A model generated the notes under the pieces. That model ran no database searches. It saw nothing but the letters and a program-made list of their open reading frames with translations, and was not told the DNA's origin. Shown piece after piece: positions 22,005 through 33,499 of a stretch of 64,000 nucleotides of DNA; position 1 is the first letter of the stretch; each line of letters begins with the position of its first letter. The stretch is from Eledone cirrhosa. Lineage: Eukaryota. A program made the translations under genes and the position numbers. The stretch covers positions 111,972,001-112,036,000 of the forward strand of contig OZ024741.1 of the NCBI GenBank assembly GCA_964016885.1, given 5' to 3'.

Positions 22005-24095
22005 ATGGCTACCAAAAAGAAATTTCATACGTCACTCCCACTCATTCCGTCTTCTTCTTCCTCAATCATCACTACAGCAGAGAGAAGATTGTCTCTCTCC
22101 CTCCCTTCTTTAAATGTGTCTCTCTCCCTCCCTTCTCTTTCGCAAGCGACGAAAGAAAAGAAAAGTCTCGTGCAAAGCGTGCAAGGTTTCTCCACGACGA
22201 CGACGACAGCGACGAAACAGGTGTGCGGGAAATACGAAAACCCAGTTCATTCGTCTGACGTCAGGAATAATAGCAGTAGCAGCCGTAATAACAACAGCAA
22301 CAGTGACAATGAAAACAACAGTAGCAGCCGCAACAGCATCACCAGCAGCATAAACAACAACAGCATTAGCAGCAGCAACACCAACAACAACCACAGCAAC
22401 AGCGGCGGAGGCAGTAGTCGTAGTACCTGCAGCAACAACAAAAGTACCAGCAGCTCTGACGACAACAACAACAGCAGAGAAAAACCAATCTCATTTGCAG
22501 GTATTGCGAAAAACCTGGAAACAATCCTCATAACAAATGAGGAATTAGAGGAAGCGAAGAAGATGGTGACAAAGAACGGACACCGAGCAATCTGCAAGGC
22601 AGCGAAAAATTTTTTCGAAACCCAAGAGCACTGTACGGTCACGTACCGTACAGTAAGTACAAAATCCCGTAGGGTGGAAAGAGCCACAGAGGCCCAAATA
22701 CAAAAAGCCTTGGGGTCTGTGTGGCAGAGGAAAACGCACATCACCCGAGGCAAAAAATACGCCACCGTAGACGTACTTTTTGCCACACCCCAGGAGGCAA
22801 AGGCCCAATCAGTAGTGACCCTAAGGAGCGAGGAAATGGTGTTGGTGCCCTCCTACTGCGGGCAAAAAATTGTGAGGGTCAAACTGACCCACGTCCCCCC
22901 CGGAATGACCCCTTCTTGGCTGGCCGCGTCTGTCCTCGTCGGAATCGAGGACAAAACAACTGTACTGCAAGTACAGAAAAAAGTAAGAGAAGATTGGGTC
23001 GGCTCCTCCATTGAGATGCTAATCCAAACCAACCAGGAGTGCATCGAAGCTATCCCGGATGTGATAGACTTCGATAACGGCACTCAACTGCCCATAAGTG
23101 TTGAGGGCAAACGCCCGAAATGCTTTCGCTGTGGATCGAAGACTCACCTCAGGGCCTTCTGCAACGAGAAGACCCTGAGAAAGGAGAAAACCCCCCTCCT
23201 CCCGAATCCGGTTCCACGGCTACCAGCAACAGGACAAGCGGCAACCAGGAACGATAGGTCCGTGGCACCCATACCCACTCCACGGAAATCAAAGACAGCA
23301 GCAGCAGTGGAAATATTAACAACAACAACAGCAATACCAAATGCAGCTGCAACAGAGACTCCAGTGCAAACATCACCAACAACAACAAGTGAAAGAGTGG
23401 AGCTGGTACCCCTCCCCGACCTTACAGAATCAGACATGGAGTGTGAGGTGGGAGAGGGATGGCAAAAGGTCTCAAGAAGGCACAAACGCAGAAGCAGCGC
23501 ATCGTCGCCTTTGAAAAGGGAGGAAAGAAATGAGAAAAGGGTAAAGTCTACTGCAAAGAGACCCACAGCAGCAACACCACCAACACCATCACCACCCACA
23601 CCAGCACCACCATCACCACCGGCGACAACCCCACCGCCAACAACACCTTCAACACCACAAGCACCAACATCGCAAACACAACAACAAAACACACACACCC
23701 AGCAACAACGACAAGAAAATAGCAGAACCACACCCCACCCCCAGAAAAACAAATGCACGGCAATAAACACACACAACAAGAAACTAATGACTTACATAAT
23801 TGAACACACAGACATTTCACAACAGGACTACATAATACCAGCACCAATCAAAACGCCAACTAACATAAGACTGCTAAAAATAGCACAGAAACAATACACA
23901 AACATTAAAACGAAATTCCCCAACGCTGTTGGTGATTTCAGGGACCTAGGAGGAACCATTAATCGAAGAGTATATTCAGACATTCTCTTAGAAGAGCCGA
24001 CGACCAGCCGAAGGGACGATTCAACGGTCCCTTCACCAGACGATCAAGTGAAAAGGGATGTAAAAACCATCCCTCCTCTACCAAAAGTACGGTAA
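22005..24095 (+). CDS. E3 ORF1 (gag-like, CCHC knuckle, Ser/Asn- and Pro/Thr-rich linkers)
   Basis: First in-frame ATG at 22005 (AACATGG). CFRCGSKTHLRAFC knuckle. Confidence 0.88.
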   Translation: MATKKKFHTSLPLIPSSSSSIITTAERRLSLSLPSLNVSLSLPSLSQATKEKKSLVQSVQGFSTTTTTATKQVCGKYENPVHSSDVRNNSSSSRNNNSNSDNENNSSSRNSITSSINNNSISSSNTNNNHSNSGGGSSRSTCSNNKSTSSSDDNNNSREKPISFAGIAKNLETILITNEELEEAKKMVTKNGHRAICKAAKNFFETQEHCTVTYRTVSTKSRRVERATEAQIQKALGSVWQRKTHITRGKKYATVDVLFATPQEAKAQSVVTLRSEEMVLVPSYCGQKIVRVKLTHVPPGMTPSWLAASVLVGIEDKTTVLQVQKKVREDWVGSSIEMLIQTNQECIEAIPDVIDFDNGTQLPISVEGKRPKCFRCGSKTHLRAFCNEKTLRKEKTPLLPNPVPRLPATGQAATRNDRSVAPIPTPRKSKTAAAVEILTTTTAIPNAAATETPVQTSPTTTSERVELVPLPDLTESDMECEVGEGWQKVSRRHKRRSSASSPLKREERNEKRVKSTAKRPTAATPPTPSPPTPAPPSPPATTPPPTTPSTPQAPTSQTQQQNTHTQQQRQENSRTTPHPQKNKCTAINTHNKKLMTYIIEHTDISQQDYIIPAPIKTPTNIRLLKIAQKQYTNIKTKFPNAVGDFRDLGGTINRRVYSDILLEEPTTSRRDDSTVPSPDDQVKRDVKTIPPLPKVR

Positions 24096-24130
24096 GTGGT
24101 CTTTCCCATCTTTTCCACTCTATTTTAAAC

Positions 24131-27100
24131 ATGACCTCACTCAGAATAGGCAGCATAAATGCGCGTGGCTTGGGGTCGTCATGGAAGCAGGGTCACCTGC
24201 TCAACGACCTCAGGTCACTAAACATAGATGTAGTGGCCATCAGCGAGACCAGAATCTCCGAAGCACGGGCCTTCGCACCGATCTTCGGCGGCTACGATGT
24301 GTACGCATCTCCCAGCCGTCCTGGATCGGGTGGAGGAGTTGCTGTGCTTTTTCGGAGAGGTTTGGATCTCGCCATACGGGCCATCTTCCTGGACCCAGAG
24401 GGTAAGCTGGTGGTGCTGGACGTGACCAGCGGAGACGGGCAAGCTTTCAGGCTAGTGGCCGTCTATGCCCCGACAGGAGCAGGGCGGCCTGATTTCTTCC
24501 GGCGTCTGGAGACCTTTCTTGGAACGTCCCGCTCTTTAGTGTTAGTGGGCGACTGGAACGGGATCTTAGATGCACGCTGGGACTGTGTGGGATTAGCGGA
24601 TAGGGGTGGAGGGTGCAAGAGCCTCACCAACCTGCTCAGGCGTTTTGAACTGTCTGACAGGTACCGATTGGATTTCCCGAATGTGCCAATGTGGACTTGG
24701 ACAAACCGCATAGGGTCATCCAGATCATATCTAGATAGAGTATTTTGTAGGGAAATAGATAGGTCTAGCATAGGCTGTCCACAATTCAAGATAGTCAGCT
24801 ACACGGACCACAAATTCGTGACCTGTGTGCTTGACTTAGATAGGCTTCATAGACGAGGACCCGGCTACTGGAAGCTAAACGCGTCCTTACCAGCGCGCAA
24901 GGCCTACAGAGACCGGATTAGCGAACTAGTTAAGCGGGCGTTGACGGGGGCCATCGTCAACAACAAGTGGTGGTTTGCTCTGAAAAGAGCGATTAGAATA
25001 GAATCGATTAGGTTTAGTAAGGCTTTAGCAATAGAGAAAAATAGAGCAGAGGGAGAACTAGTTAGAAAATTAGACGAGGCGCTTAGCAAAGGCATTGCGA
25101 CCGACGTGCTTGCGGCGAAATTGGCCCTTGACCAATTCTTCAATGCAAAGCACGAAGGCTGCGTTGTCAGAGCTAGGGTGCGTGCTCTCAGACACGAGGG
25201 GACGAAAGCCGTTCAATGGGCCCGAGTGGCGGAGGCGCGTCGTGGCAACAAAGCCACGATCCGGTCTTTGGTGGACCACGACGGGCGCATGCTACTCGAT
25301 CCCGGGCAAATGTGTGAAGCTTTTCAGCGACACTTCGCTCAGCTGTTCGGGGGCAGCGGGGGGCCGGGTAGAGGGATGGACTTTAGTGTCTACCTCGACG
25401 GACTGCCGCGGCTCTCGGCCACTGAGGCGAGGTGTTGCGAAAAGCCGATAACAGCCGCTGAAATACGGGAGGCAATGACTGGCTGCACAAGGGGTAAATC
25501 GCCTGGTTTGGATGGTCTGCCCTATGAACTTTACGTACAGATGCCAGACTTGTTCGGAGGCCTCTTGGCGGACGTCTACTGCAACTGGCAACAGAACGGG
25601 AGAATTCCCAGTTCTGTGAGCCGAGGAGCGGTGGCACTGCTGAGAAAGGATCCGAACAAGGGGGATAACATAGACAATTTCCGGCCCATAACTCTGCTAA
25701 ACACAGAGTTTAAGATTTTGGCCAAGGTGCTAGCAAAGAGGTTGGCGCTTGTCGTTGGTGGTCTGGTGGGAGAGGCGCAGACATGCGCCATCCCCGACAG
25801 ATCCATCCACGACAACCTCCACCTCATGCGATACATCGTAGAGAGGGTAGCTAGGGAACCTGGCACGGGTGGGTCCTTGATCAATTTAGATCAGTCGAAA
25901 GCTTTCGATAGGGTCGACCATCGTTACCTAGCGGCAGTCCTGAGGGCGGCTGGCTTTGGGCCCGTCTTCAGAGGCTGGATCGCTGCCATGCACAGCGACA
26001 TCTGCTCTGTGGTGAGAGTGAACGGTCACCTGTCGGAACCGTTCAACATCATGCGCTCGGTCCGCCAAGGATGTCCCCTCTCGTCCCTCTTGTACGTATT
26101 GACTCTCGAGCCATTACTGCACAAACTGGAGACGTTGAGGGGAGTCCCGCGCGAACTAGGATGCGGAAGATCCGTGTCAGCATATGCCGACGATGTCACC
26201 GTAGTGGTGTCGAACGCCAAACACATCGAGGCGATCGGCACTACACTAAGAGAATACGAAGCGGTGACAGGAGCAATGATCAACCAGGAAAAGTCAGTGG
26301 GCCTGCAGCTCGGCACCTGGAGAGGCAGGTCCATGCCGTCCAACAGCGTCGTCGGGCGCTGGACGGACGGACCGGTTAAATTGCTAGGGGTCTGGTTCGG
26401 TCCGGACCTCCAGACGGACAAAAACTGGGACGAGGTGACGAGCAGGGTGGCTTCTCTCACCCAGAAATGGGCGGAGAGGAAGCTATCCCTGAAAGGTCGA
26501 GCGGAGGTGGCTAACGCGTACATCGCGTCTGTCATCTGCTACCGCCTAACCGTCGTACCTTGTCCTAAGCCTCGCCTGACTGCGCTGGAGCGTTTGCTCT
26601 TTCGCTTTTTGTGGAAGGGACGTGCTCCGATGGTCAGGCGGTCCATCTGTTGTCAACACCCGCTACGTGGAGGGCTGGGCATGCCGTGGCTGATGATGCG
26701 CAGGCACGCGCTCAGGCTACGACATCTCCACCTCTTCCTCGACGGTGATCAGGTGTGGTCGCCGTTTGCTAGACGCGTTTTTCCCCAGCTCGTTTCCTTG
26801 ACGGAGCTGCAGTCCTGGGTCAAGCGAAGACCGAGAGGGAGCGCCTGGAGACTGGAATGTCTTCAGGCGCTCACAGCCCTCGACCAATCGGGCAATGTGA
26901 TCGGTGGAAACTCCACCTCGGCGTTCTATAGAGGATTAGTGGAGGGGAAGAGCGACGACGTACTTGGGGAAACTCTAGGCGTCGACGAAAATCAACTAGC
27001 CAATCTCTTCGGAAGAACTTTCGGGCCAGGGCCTATGGACAACTTCCAGAAATCTCTGGCCTGGCAGTGCTACCGAGGAGCCTTGCCAGTTCGGGATAAA

Positions 27101-27550
27101 CTCTACAGGCATGGAGGTGCCGTCAGCCGGGCATGTCCGAGATGCGCGCAGGGCGACGAAACCGTCCTGCACGCACTCGTCCAGTGTCCGAAAATTGCTG
27201 ACTTGTGGGTTTATGTCGAACACCTGCTGTCGCGTTTAGGACGGATCCAGCTATCATCTGAGTCTATCGTGAGGATTGCCCCGCCCTCCTCCTTTAGCCG
27301 GGAAGGGCAGGCAGTTTTTATCTGTCTGGTGGCCATGGCGAAAGAGATAGTATGGTGGACACGTTTGAAAGGGCTGAAGACGAGCACTTACCTCTTCGGT
27401 GATGCTCTGATTGACTTTTTCAAATTTCATTTGAAAAGGAAAATCAGAGTAGAGAAGGAAGTCCTCTCTTCCCAGCATTTTGTTGAAAGATGGGTGAGAG
27501 AAGCAAGAATGGCCCGAGTGAATGGGCCGACTCTGAGTATATATCTGTAA
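24131..27550 (+). CDS. E3 ORF2 (APE-RT), intact
   Basis: 1139 aa, about 3 substitutions versus E2. Confidence 0.95.
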   Translation: MTSLRIGSINARGLGSSWKQGHLLNDLRSLNIDVVAISETRISEARAFAPIFGGYDVYASPSRPGSGGGVAVLFRRGLDLAIRAIFLDPEGKLVVLDVTSGDGQAFRLVAVYAPTGAGRPDFFRRLETFLGTSRSLVLVGDWNGILDARWDCVGLADRGGGCKSLTNLLRRFELSDRYRLDFPNVPMWTWTNRIGSSRSYLDRVFCREIDRSSIGCPQFKIVSYTDHKFVTCVLDLDRLHRRGPGYWKLNASLPARKAYRDRISELVKRALTGAIVNNKWWFALKRAIRIESIRFSKALAIEKNRAEGELVRKLDEALSKGIATDVLAAKLALDQFFNAKHEGCVVRARVRALRHEGTKAVQWARVAEARRGNKATIRSLVDHDGRMLLDPGQMCEAFQRHFAQLFGGSGGPGRGMDFSVYLDGLPRLSATEARCCEKPITAAEIREAMTGCTRGKSPGLDGLPYELYVQMPDLFGGLLADVYCNWQQNGRIPSSVSRGAVALLRKDPNKGDNIDNFRPITLLNTEFKILAKVLAKRLALVVGGLVGEAQTCAIPDRSIHDNLHLMRYIVERVAREPGTGGSLINLDQSKAFDRVDHRYLAAVLRAAGFGPVFRGWIAAMHSDICSVVRVNGHLSEPFNIMRSVRQGCPLSSLLYVLTLEPLLHKLETLRGVPRELGCGRSVSAYADDVTVVVSNAKHIEAIGTTLREYEAVTGAMINQEKSVGLQLGTWRGRSMPSNSVVGRWTDGPVKLLGVWFGPDLQTDKNWDEVTSRVASLTQKWAERKLSLKGRAEVANAYIASVICYRLTVVPCPKPRLTALERLLFRFLWKGRAPMVRRSICCQHPLRGGLGMPWLMMRRHALRLRHLHLFLDGDQVWSPFARRVFPQLVSLTELQSWVKRRPRGSAWRLECLQALTALDQSGNVIGGNSTSAFYRGLVEGKSDDVLGETLGVDENQLANLFGRTFGPGPMDNFQKSLAWQCYRGALPVRDKLYRHGGAVSRACPRCAQGDETVLHALVQCPKIADLWVYVEHLLSRLGRIQLSSESIVRIAPPSSFSREGQAVFICLVAMAKEIVWWTRLKGLKTSTYLFGDALIDFFKFHLKRKIRVEKEVLSSQHFVERWVREARMARVNGPTLSIYL

Positions 27551-27810
27551 ACTAAAGGTGGAAAACTGGGAGAGGGCACTTGCCTTGGTGGTCAGGGTCA
27601 TTGTGGCTTTTTACTGGGCTTTCTCCACAAATGTCCCTCCGAAGTCTCCCCCCTATTGGGGAATTTTTCATTGTTATTTTCATTGTTATTTTTGTTACAT
27701 CCTCTGTTTTTGTTTTTTTACACGCAGAAATGCCCATTTGTACCGTCCTGCATTGTCCTGCACTGTCCTTAATGTCTACTTTATGTAAACCCTTGTGGTT
27801 AATAAAGAAA

Positions 27811-27866
<56 letters not shown>

Positions 27867-29748
27867 GTTCTTTGAGTCTCAGTCATTGATGTTTGTTAAC
27901 TGGAAAGTTTGTTGACATGAATATCAAGCCACTACCTGCAGCCTCAGATATTCAAGACGTATCGGAGGGTTCTTGCTGTTCCCAGCAAGCATGCCTTTTG
28001 AAGCGTTCCAAAAAGCGTGAAGGAACCAAATTTTCTTTAACCATCCCTGGAAACTTTTTGAGATAGTACCTAGTGCGCCTATGACAATCGGCACCACTTT
28101 GACTTCATGGCAGTTCCAAATCCTTTTTACCTCCCACTTTAAGTCCTGGTATCGGATAATTTTCTCCCTCTCCTTCTCTTGCACTCTCGTGTCGAATGGG
28201 CAGGCCACGTCCACAATCAGGCACGATCTTTTTTCCTTTTCCAAAACCACCAGGTCAGGTCTATTGTGTTCCAGTTTCTTGTCAGTCTGTATCCTAAAAT
28301 CCCACAGCACCTTCACCTGATCGTTTTCTATCACCGACTCTGGCTTATGCTCACACCACTTCTCAGAATGTGGTAAATTGTTTACTTTGCATAGGTGCCA
28401 GTGGATTACCCTCCCCATCACATCATGTCTCCAGCCCTTATAGTGAGTCTGAGCTAGGTGTTTACACTCGGATACAATGTGAGCCACAGTCTCCTCTCTT
28501 TCTCCACAGATCCTGCACAGTGGGCTAGCCTCCTCCTTGTAAATATGGTGTTTCAACCACTTCGTTTTGAGGGCCTGCTCTTGCGCAGCCATTAACATTC
28601 CTTCTGTAGCCTTTTTAAGGTCTCCTCTTTTCAACCAGTTCCATGTCTGTGGATATCTGAATTCAGTTTTCTCAAAGAAGGTACTATGAAGGGATTTTTC
28701 CTGAAGGCTGCTCTTTCTCCTTGTTGTTATTTCCTCCTTGGACATCCCCTGGTCTATTGTCCTCTCCTTCAGTACAGTTCTGAGCATTGGCTCCTTACTA
28801 TCAGTCACGTATTTGTGTAGGTTGTTTTTCTCCATCTGAACACAGTCCTCTATGCTGATAAGACCTCTTCCACCTTCAGATCTCCCTAAGTAGAGTCTAT
28901 CGACATCATTCCTCTTGTGGAACATGTTGTAGATAGTCAATAGCTTCCTAGTCTTCCTATCCATTTATTTTTGTTCAGCAACATTCCATCTCAGAATTCC
29001 CGCACTGTACCTAATAATAGACACAGCTCGGGAATTTACTGCACTTATGGCATTCCTACTGTTCAGATGTGACTTTAATACGCTCCTTACTCTCCGAATG
29101 TATTCAGTTCTTATCAATTCCTTCATTTGTTTGTTCTTGATCTCATCAGCCTCCAGAACACCCAAATACTTGTATCCTTCTTCAGTGTCAATTTCCTTTA
29201 TCATCTCACCTGTTGGTACCTGGATTCCGTTGCTTCTGCTCAATTTACCCCTCTTCATCACAAGGACTCCACACTTACTAATACCAAATTTCATACATAT
29301 ATCATTGCTGAAAATACGGACAGTGTCAACAAGCACATCCAACTCCTTCTCACTCTTCCCGAAGAGCTTAAGATCGTCCACGAAGAGGAGGTGATTGATG
29401 GTAAGCTCTCCCTTTCCCAACTTGTATCCTGCTCTCACTTTTCGCAGTATAATGGTCAGGGGCATCAGGGCAAGGACAAACAACAGAGGGGACAGACTAT
29501 CTCCCTGGAAGATACCTCTCTTGATCTTCACGCCTCCCAAGGATTCTCCAGCTGATGTTAACTCTGTTTCCCAGGACTTCATACTTTTGCCCAACAACTG
29601 TCTGATGTTATCTGCCACCTTGAAGATCTCTAGGCTTTTGGTGATCCAATAATGAGGCACCATGTCAAATGCCTTTTTGTAGTCTATCCATCCCATGGCA
29701 AGACCAGTGTGTCTCCTCTTGCAATTCCTCATTACCATCTTATCAATA
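27867..29748 (-). mobile_element. R4/Dong-type family B, 5'-truncated (partial RT + CCHC + RLE)
   Basis: WIDYKKAFD, GIFQGDSLSPLLF, FVDD, YKYLG; in-frame stop at 28965; CCHC, RHD, RPDL. ATT-rich tracts on both sides. Confidence 0.93.
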
Positions 29749-29795
29749 ATATTATTATTAATATTATTATCCATAATATTATTATTATTATTATT

Positions 29796-30839
29796 CCTTG
29801 AATCTCAGTCATTGATATTTGTTAACTGGAAAGTCCGTTGGAATGAATATCAAGCCACTACCTGCAGCCTCAGATATTCAGGACGTATCGGAGGATTCTT
29901 GCTGTTCCCAGCAATCATGCCTTTTGAAGCGTTCCAAAAAGCGTGAAGGGGCCGATTTTCTTTAACCATCCCTGGAAACTTTTTGAGATAGTCCCCAGTG
30001 CGCCTATGACAATCGGGATCACTTTGACTTCATGGCAGTTCCAAATCCTTTTTACCTCCCACTTTAAGTCCTGGTATCGGTTAATTTTCTCCCTCTCCTT
30101 CTCTTGCACTCTCGTGTCGAATGGGCAGGCCACATCCACAATCAGACACGATCTTTTTTCTTTGTCCACAACCACCAGGTCAGGTCTATTGTGTTCCAGT
30201 TTCTTGTCCGTCTGTATCCTAAGATCCCACAGTACCTTCACCTGATCGTTCTCCATCACCGCCTCTGGCTTATGCTCATACTATTTCTCAGAATGTGGTA
30301 AATTGTTTACTTTGCACAGGTGCCAGTGGATTACCCTGCCCATCACATCATGTCTCCAGCTCTTATAGTGGGTCTGGGTTAGGTGTTTACACTCGGATAC
30401 AATGTGAGCCACAGTCTCCTCTCTCTCTCCACAGATCCTGCACAGTGGGCTAGCCTCCTCCTTGTAAATATGGTGTTTCAACCACTTCGTTTTGAGGGCC
30501 TGCTCCTGCGCAGCCATTAACATTCCTTCTGTAGCCTTTTAAAGGTCAACCAGTTCCATGTCTGTGGATCTCTAAATTCAGTTTTTTCAAAGAAGGTACT
30601 ATGAAGGGATTTTCCCTGAAGGCTGCTCTTTCTCCTTGATGTTATTTCCTCCTTGGACATCCCATGGCCTATTGTCCCCTCCTTCAGTACAGTTCTGAGC
30701 ATTGGCTCCTTACTATCAGTCACGTATTTGTGTAGGTTGTTTTTCTCCATCTGAACACAGTCCTCTATGCTGATAAGACCTCTTCCACCCTCAGATCTCC
30801 TTAGGTAGAGTCTATCGACATCACTCCTCTTGTGGAACA

Positions 30840-30840
<1 letters not shown>
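29796..30840 (-). mobile_element. R4/Dong-type family B, 5'-truncated
   Basis: From MFHKRSDVDRLYL..GGRGL through the RLE to the 3'UTR. Flanked by (ATT)n. Confidence 0.92.
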
Positions 30841-30884
<44 letters not shown>

Positions 30885-30975
30885 CGTCATCCACGTCGTC
30901 GTCATCATCCTCATCATCTTCATCATCATCATCATCATTATCACCATCATCATCGTCATCATTATCGTCCTCGTT
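30841..30975. repeat. (ATT)n followed by (ATC)n
   Basis: Directly visible. Mirror image of 1774-1918. Confidence 0.9.
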
Positions 30976-30997
30976 AGTCATATGTTCATTGTGTGCA

Positions 30998-31300
30998 TTA
31001 CCGAGCACAGCTTTGTGAGCTTTGGGTACATGCAATGTTGTTTATGGTACTGTTGATTCTATTCAATAGAACCTAGTGGTGCTATTTTCCGTATGTTGTA
31101 TATACTGTTAAGTCCTGGGGGTTTGATTATGTAACTGTCTGTTTTTTTATTATCATTCACAAAATACCTATTATTATAGGGTCTGTTTCTGTTTTCATCA
31201 TCCAAATTCGAGCTATTTCTATTTCCAGATATTTATATTTGGACTTTCTCCGTTTCCTTGATAGATATTTTACTATTTGTGGGCATTGATACGTTAATTT
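30998..31300 (-). mobile_element. Old R4/Dong-type fragment (family C: RLE C-terminus + 3'UTR)
   Basis: Minus strand gives INVSMP..ISIKETEK..SKYKYLEIEIARIW..PIIIG..IYNIRKIA with breaks. Confidence 0.65.
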
Positions 31301-31479
31301 GACGGCTATATTGTCGTCATGAGATGCTTAACTACTTGTACGTGTGTCTAGCATCCAAGAGACACATACAAATGGTTAACCGTCTCAGACAAAGATTTAC
31401 ATTTTACATAATTCTCAGGAAGATTCAGCGTCACACACTGGATGACAAGACTGATTGATCCTTTTAATTACAGATACAA

Positions 31480-31830
31480 TCCAACGCATCTTAACGGGCT
31501 TCCACACAATTTTTATCAACCCAATTTCACTCTCAAGCGTTGGGTCGATCAGAGGCTATGGTAAATGATACTTGTCCAAGGTACCACGCAGTCGGTTCGA
31601 ACCCGATACATTATGATGGTAAAACGAACGTCTTAACTATTTGACAATGATGTGTACACATTCCTGGATACAAACTCAGTCCATCCAACGGACTTCAAAA
31701 CAGTTTCCGTCACTCAATTACACTAACAGTACATGTAACAAGGTCAATTATAGTTGTTCATGATTCCACGCAGTGGGGTCAAACTCGGAACCCTATAGTT
31801 GCGAAGTGAACTTCTTCACTATTCGGCCAT
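31480..31830 (-). mobile_element. Two degenerate CORE-type tRNA-derived SINE fragments
   Basis: Minus strand GGGTTCGAACCGACTGCGTGGTACCTTGGACAAGT (B-box plus CORE-like ACCTTGG.CAAGT). A second decayed copy lies at ~31690-31830. Confidence 0.55.
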
Positions 31831-31990
31831 GTTGCGTCCTCGGGTATAATAGAAGCAAACGTCAAAATTGTGGCAATGAATTAGTCTAGCAGTCGTTCTT
31901 AACAACAGCTTGTGCGTCAATGATCTGACGGCATATTGAAGAAAACAGACACTAACACCTGTTACTTTTGTATATATATAATAATATAAA

Positions 31991-32094
31991 GGCTGAACAA
32001 TGAAAACAAAAATGACAAGTTTTAGTGCTTTATTAGTTAAACAATAAACTGATTAAGCACTAAAACTCGTCTTTTTGGTTTTCATTATACAACC
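31991..32094. repeat. ~104-bp imperfect palindrome (MITE-like), TA-flanked
   Basis: AATGAAAAC..AGTTTTAGTGCTT pairs with AAGCACTAAAACT..GTTTTCATT. Confidence 0.7.
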
Positions 32095-33499
32095 TATATA
32101 TCTGATTCTGTAGTTCTTTTAAATACTTAATAAAATATAAGATGTCATTCTTCTACAAAAACAAAAACATTCTTCACCTTGGTTCGTAGGAATATTCATA
32201 TTCGTACTACATGGAGTTATAACAGTGTTATTGGCCCTACCATAAATAGATAAATACCAGTGTATATGTGAATATATAGAAATGTGTATAGTACAAAGGG
32301 CTCGCTGTCTTAATGTTAAAGACTTAAATGATTTAGTCTGATTGCAATGGCGGCTGGCAGTTTGCTAAAGGAGTATTTGGCAGTTAATTTGAGCAGATCA
32401 AGCAAGCGACACATGTTTCCAACCACCTTATCAGTTCTATTACCGTAGTTTATTATTCTTGTAGATGAGGTTTCTGATTTTGTGTTGTGTTTGTGTTAGT
32501 GATTATTGTGTCTGTGGTGGTAGTTGTTATGTTAGCAGCTGCTGTGGTTATTGCAGTTTAGATTGTAGATGTGGTTGTTGCTCTGATTATGGTATTTGTT
32601 GGTGTAGTTGTAGTTGTGATTGTTGTTGTTATTGTAGTTGTCGTTGTTGTCGTCGTCGTTGTTGTAGTCGTCGTTGTTGTAGTTGTAGCGCGATTGTTGT
32701 GATTATTGTTGACCTTACCATCGACATTAAACTTCTACTATATACATACACTATAGAAAACGTTTATTATAATCACAAATAATATTATTATATAATTATT
32801 GTTAACAATACTGGTGGATATCAAACATATCATTTTAAATGATTTAGAAAGTATTCGCATATTAGATTGAAAGCTCCAGATATTGTTATCGAAAGTTTTG
32901 AGTAAATCGTTACACAATCTATATAACTACCTATAATCTCTTTGGTGATCAAAACAATAGACGCGTTCGCTACGTAGATGTGATAAGTATATGGTAGTTA
33001 CAGTGATGATGGAAGTGGTTGAAGCATGTATTGGTGCTGGAAGTGGAGGTATTGATGTGTTAACTTGGAGAGTGTGGCAGAGGTTTTGTTGCTTAAAAAA
33101 CGTATATTTGGTTGAATCTGAATCGAGACTTCAGATATTGTTTTCAAATAATAATAATGATAATAATGGCTCCGGATTTAGGCACAAGGCCACCAATTTC
33201 GTGAGAAATGGAAAGTTAATTAAATCGACTCCAAGACATTATCGGTACTTTGATTTATTAACTCCGGAAGAATGAAATGTAATGTTGACCTTGGTGTTTT
33301 CAAAATGCTCAGGCAATTCTCATTCATTAAGCGTCGTTAAAGTCAGGAGCTGGGTGGGAATGTAAATGCCACTCACGGTTTTCTTTCTTTTGTGGAATCT
33401 GTGAAAGTACTGAAACAATGAAATTGTGATTTTCAAATTTATTTACGCTATGTTTTCTATAGGATAAATCTAACTACAGGCAAGTATTAAAAGAGAAAT

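Larger units (their letters stand above)
21792..27812 (+). mobile_element. Tx1-clade LINE copy E3 (full length, both ORFs open)
   Basis: Starts GAATGCC after (ATT)6. Ends AATAAAGAAATC before (ATT)n 27813-27866. Confidence 0.94.

Noticed and set aside
12148-27601. Recurrent antisense and alternate-frame ORFs (60-213 aa) inside the Tx1 copies
   Set aside because: They recur only because the copies are near-identical. GC-rich or C/A-rich coding sequence depletes stops in other frames, and no motifs are present.
15742-27812. E2/E3 as an assembly duplication
   Set aside because: They differ by scattered substitutions, a 6-bp in-frame indel in ORF1 and the 3' end. This is more consistent with real copies, though read support is unchecked.
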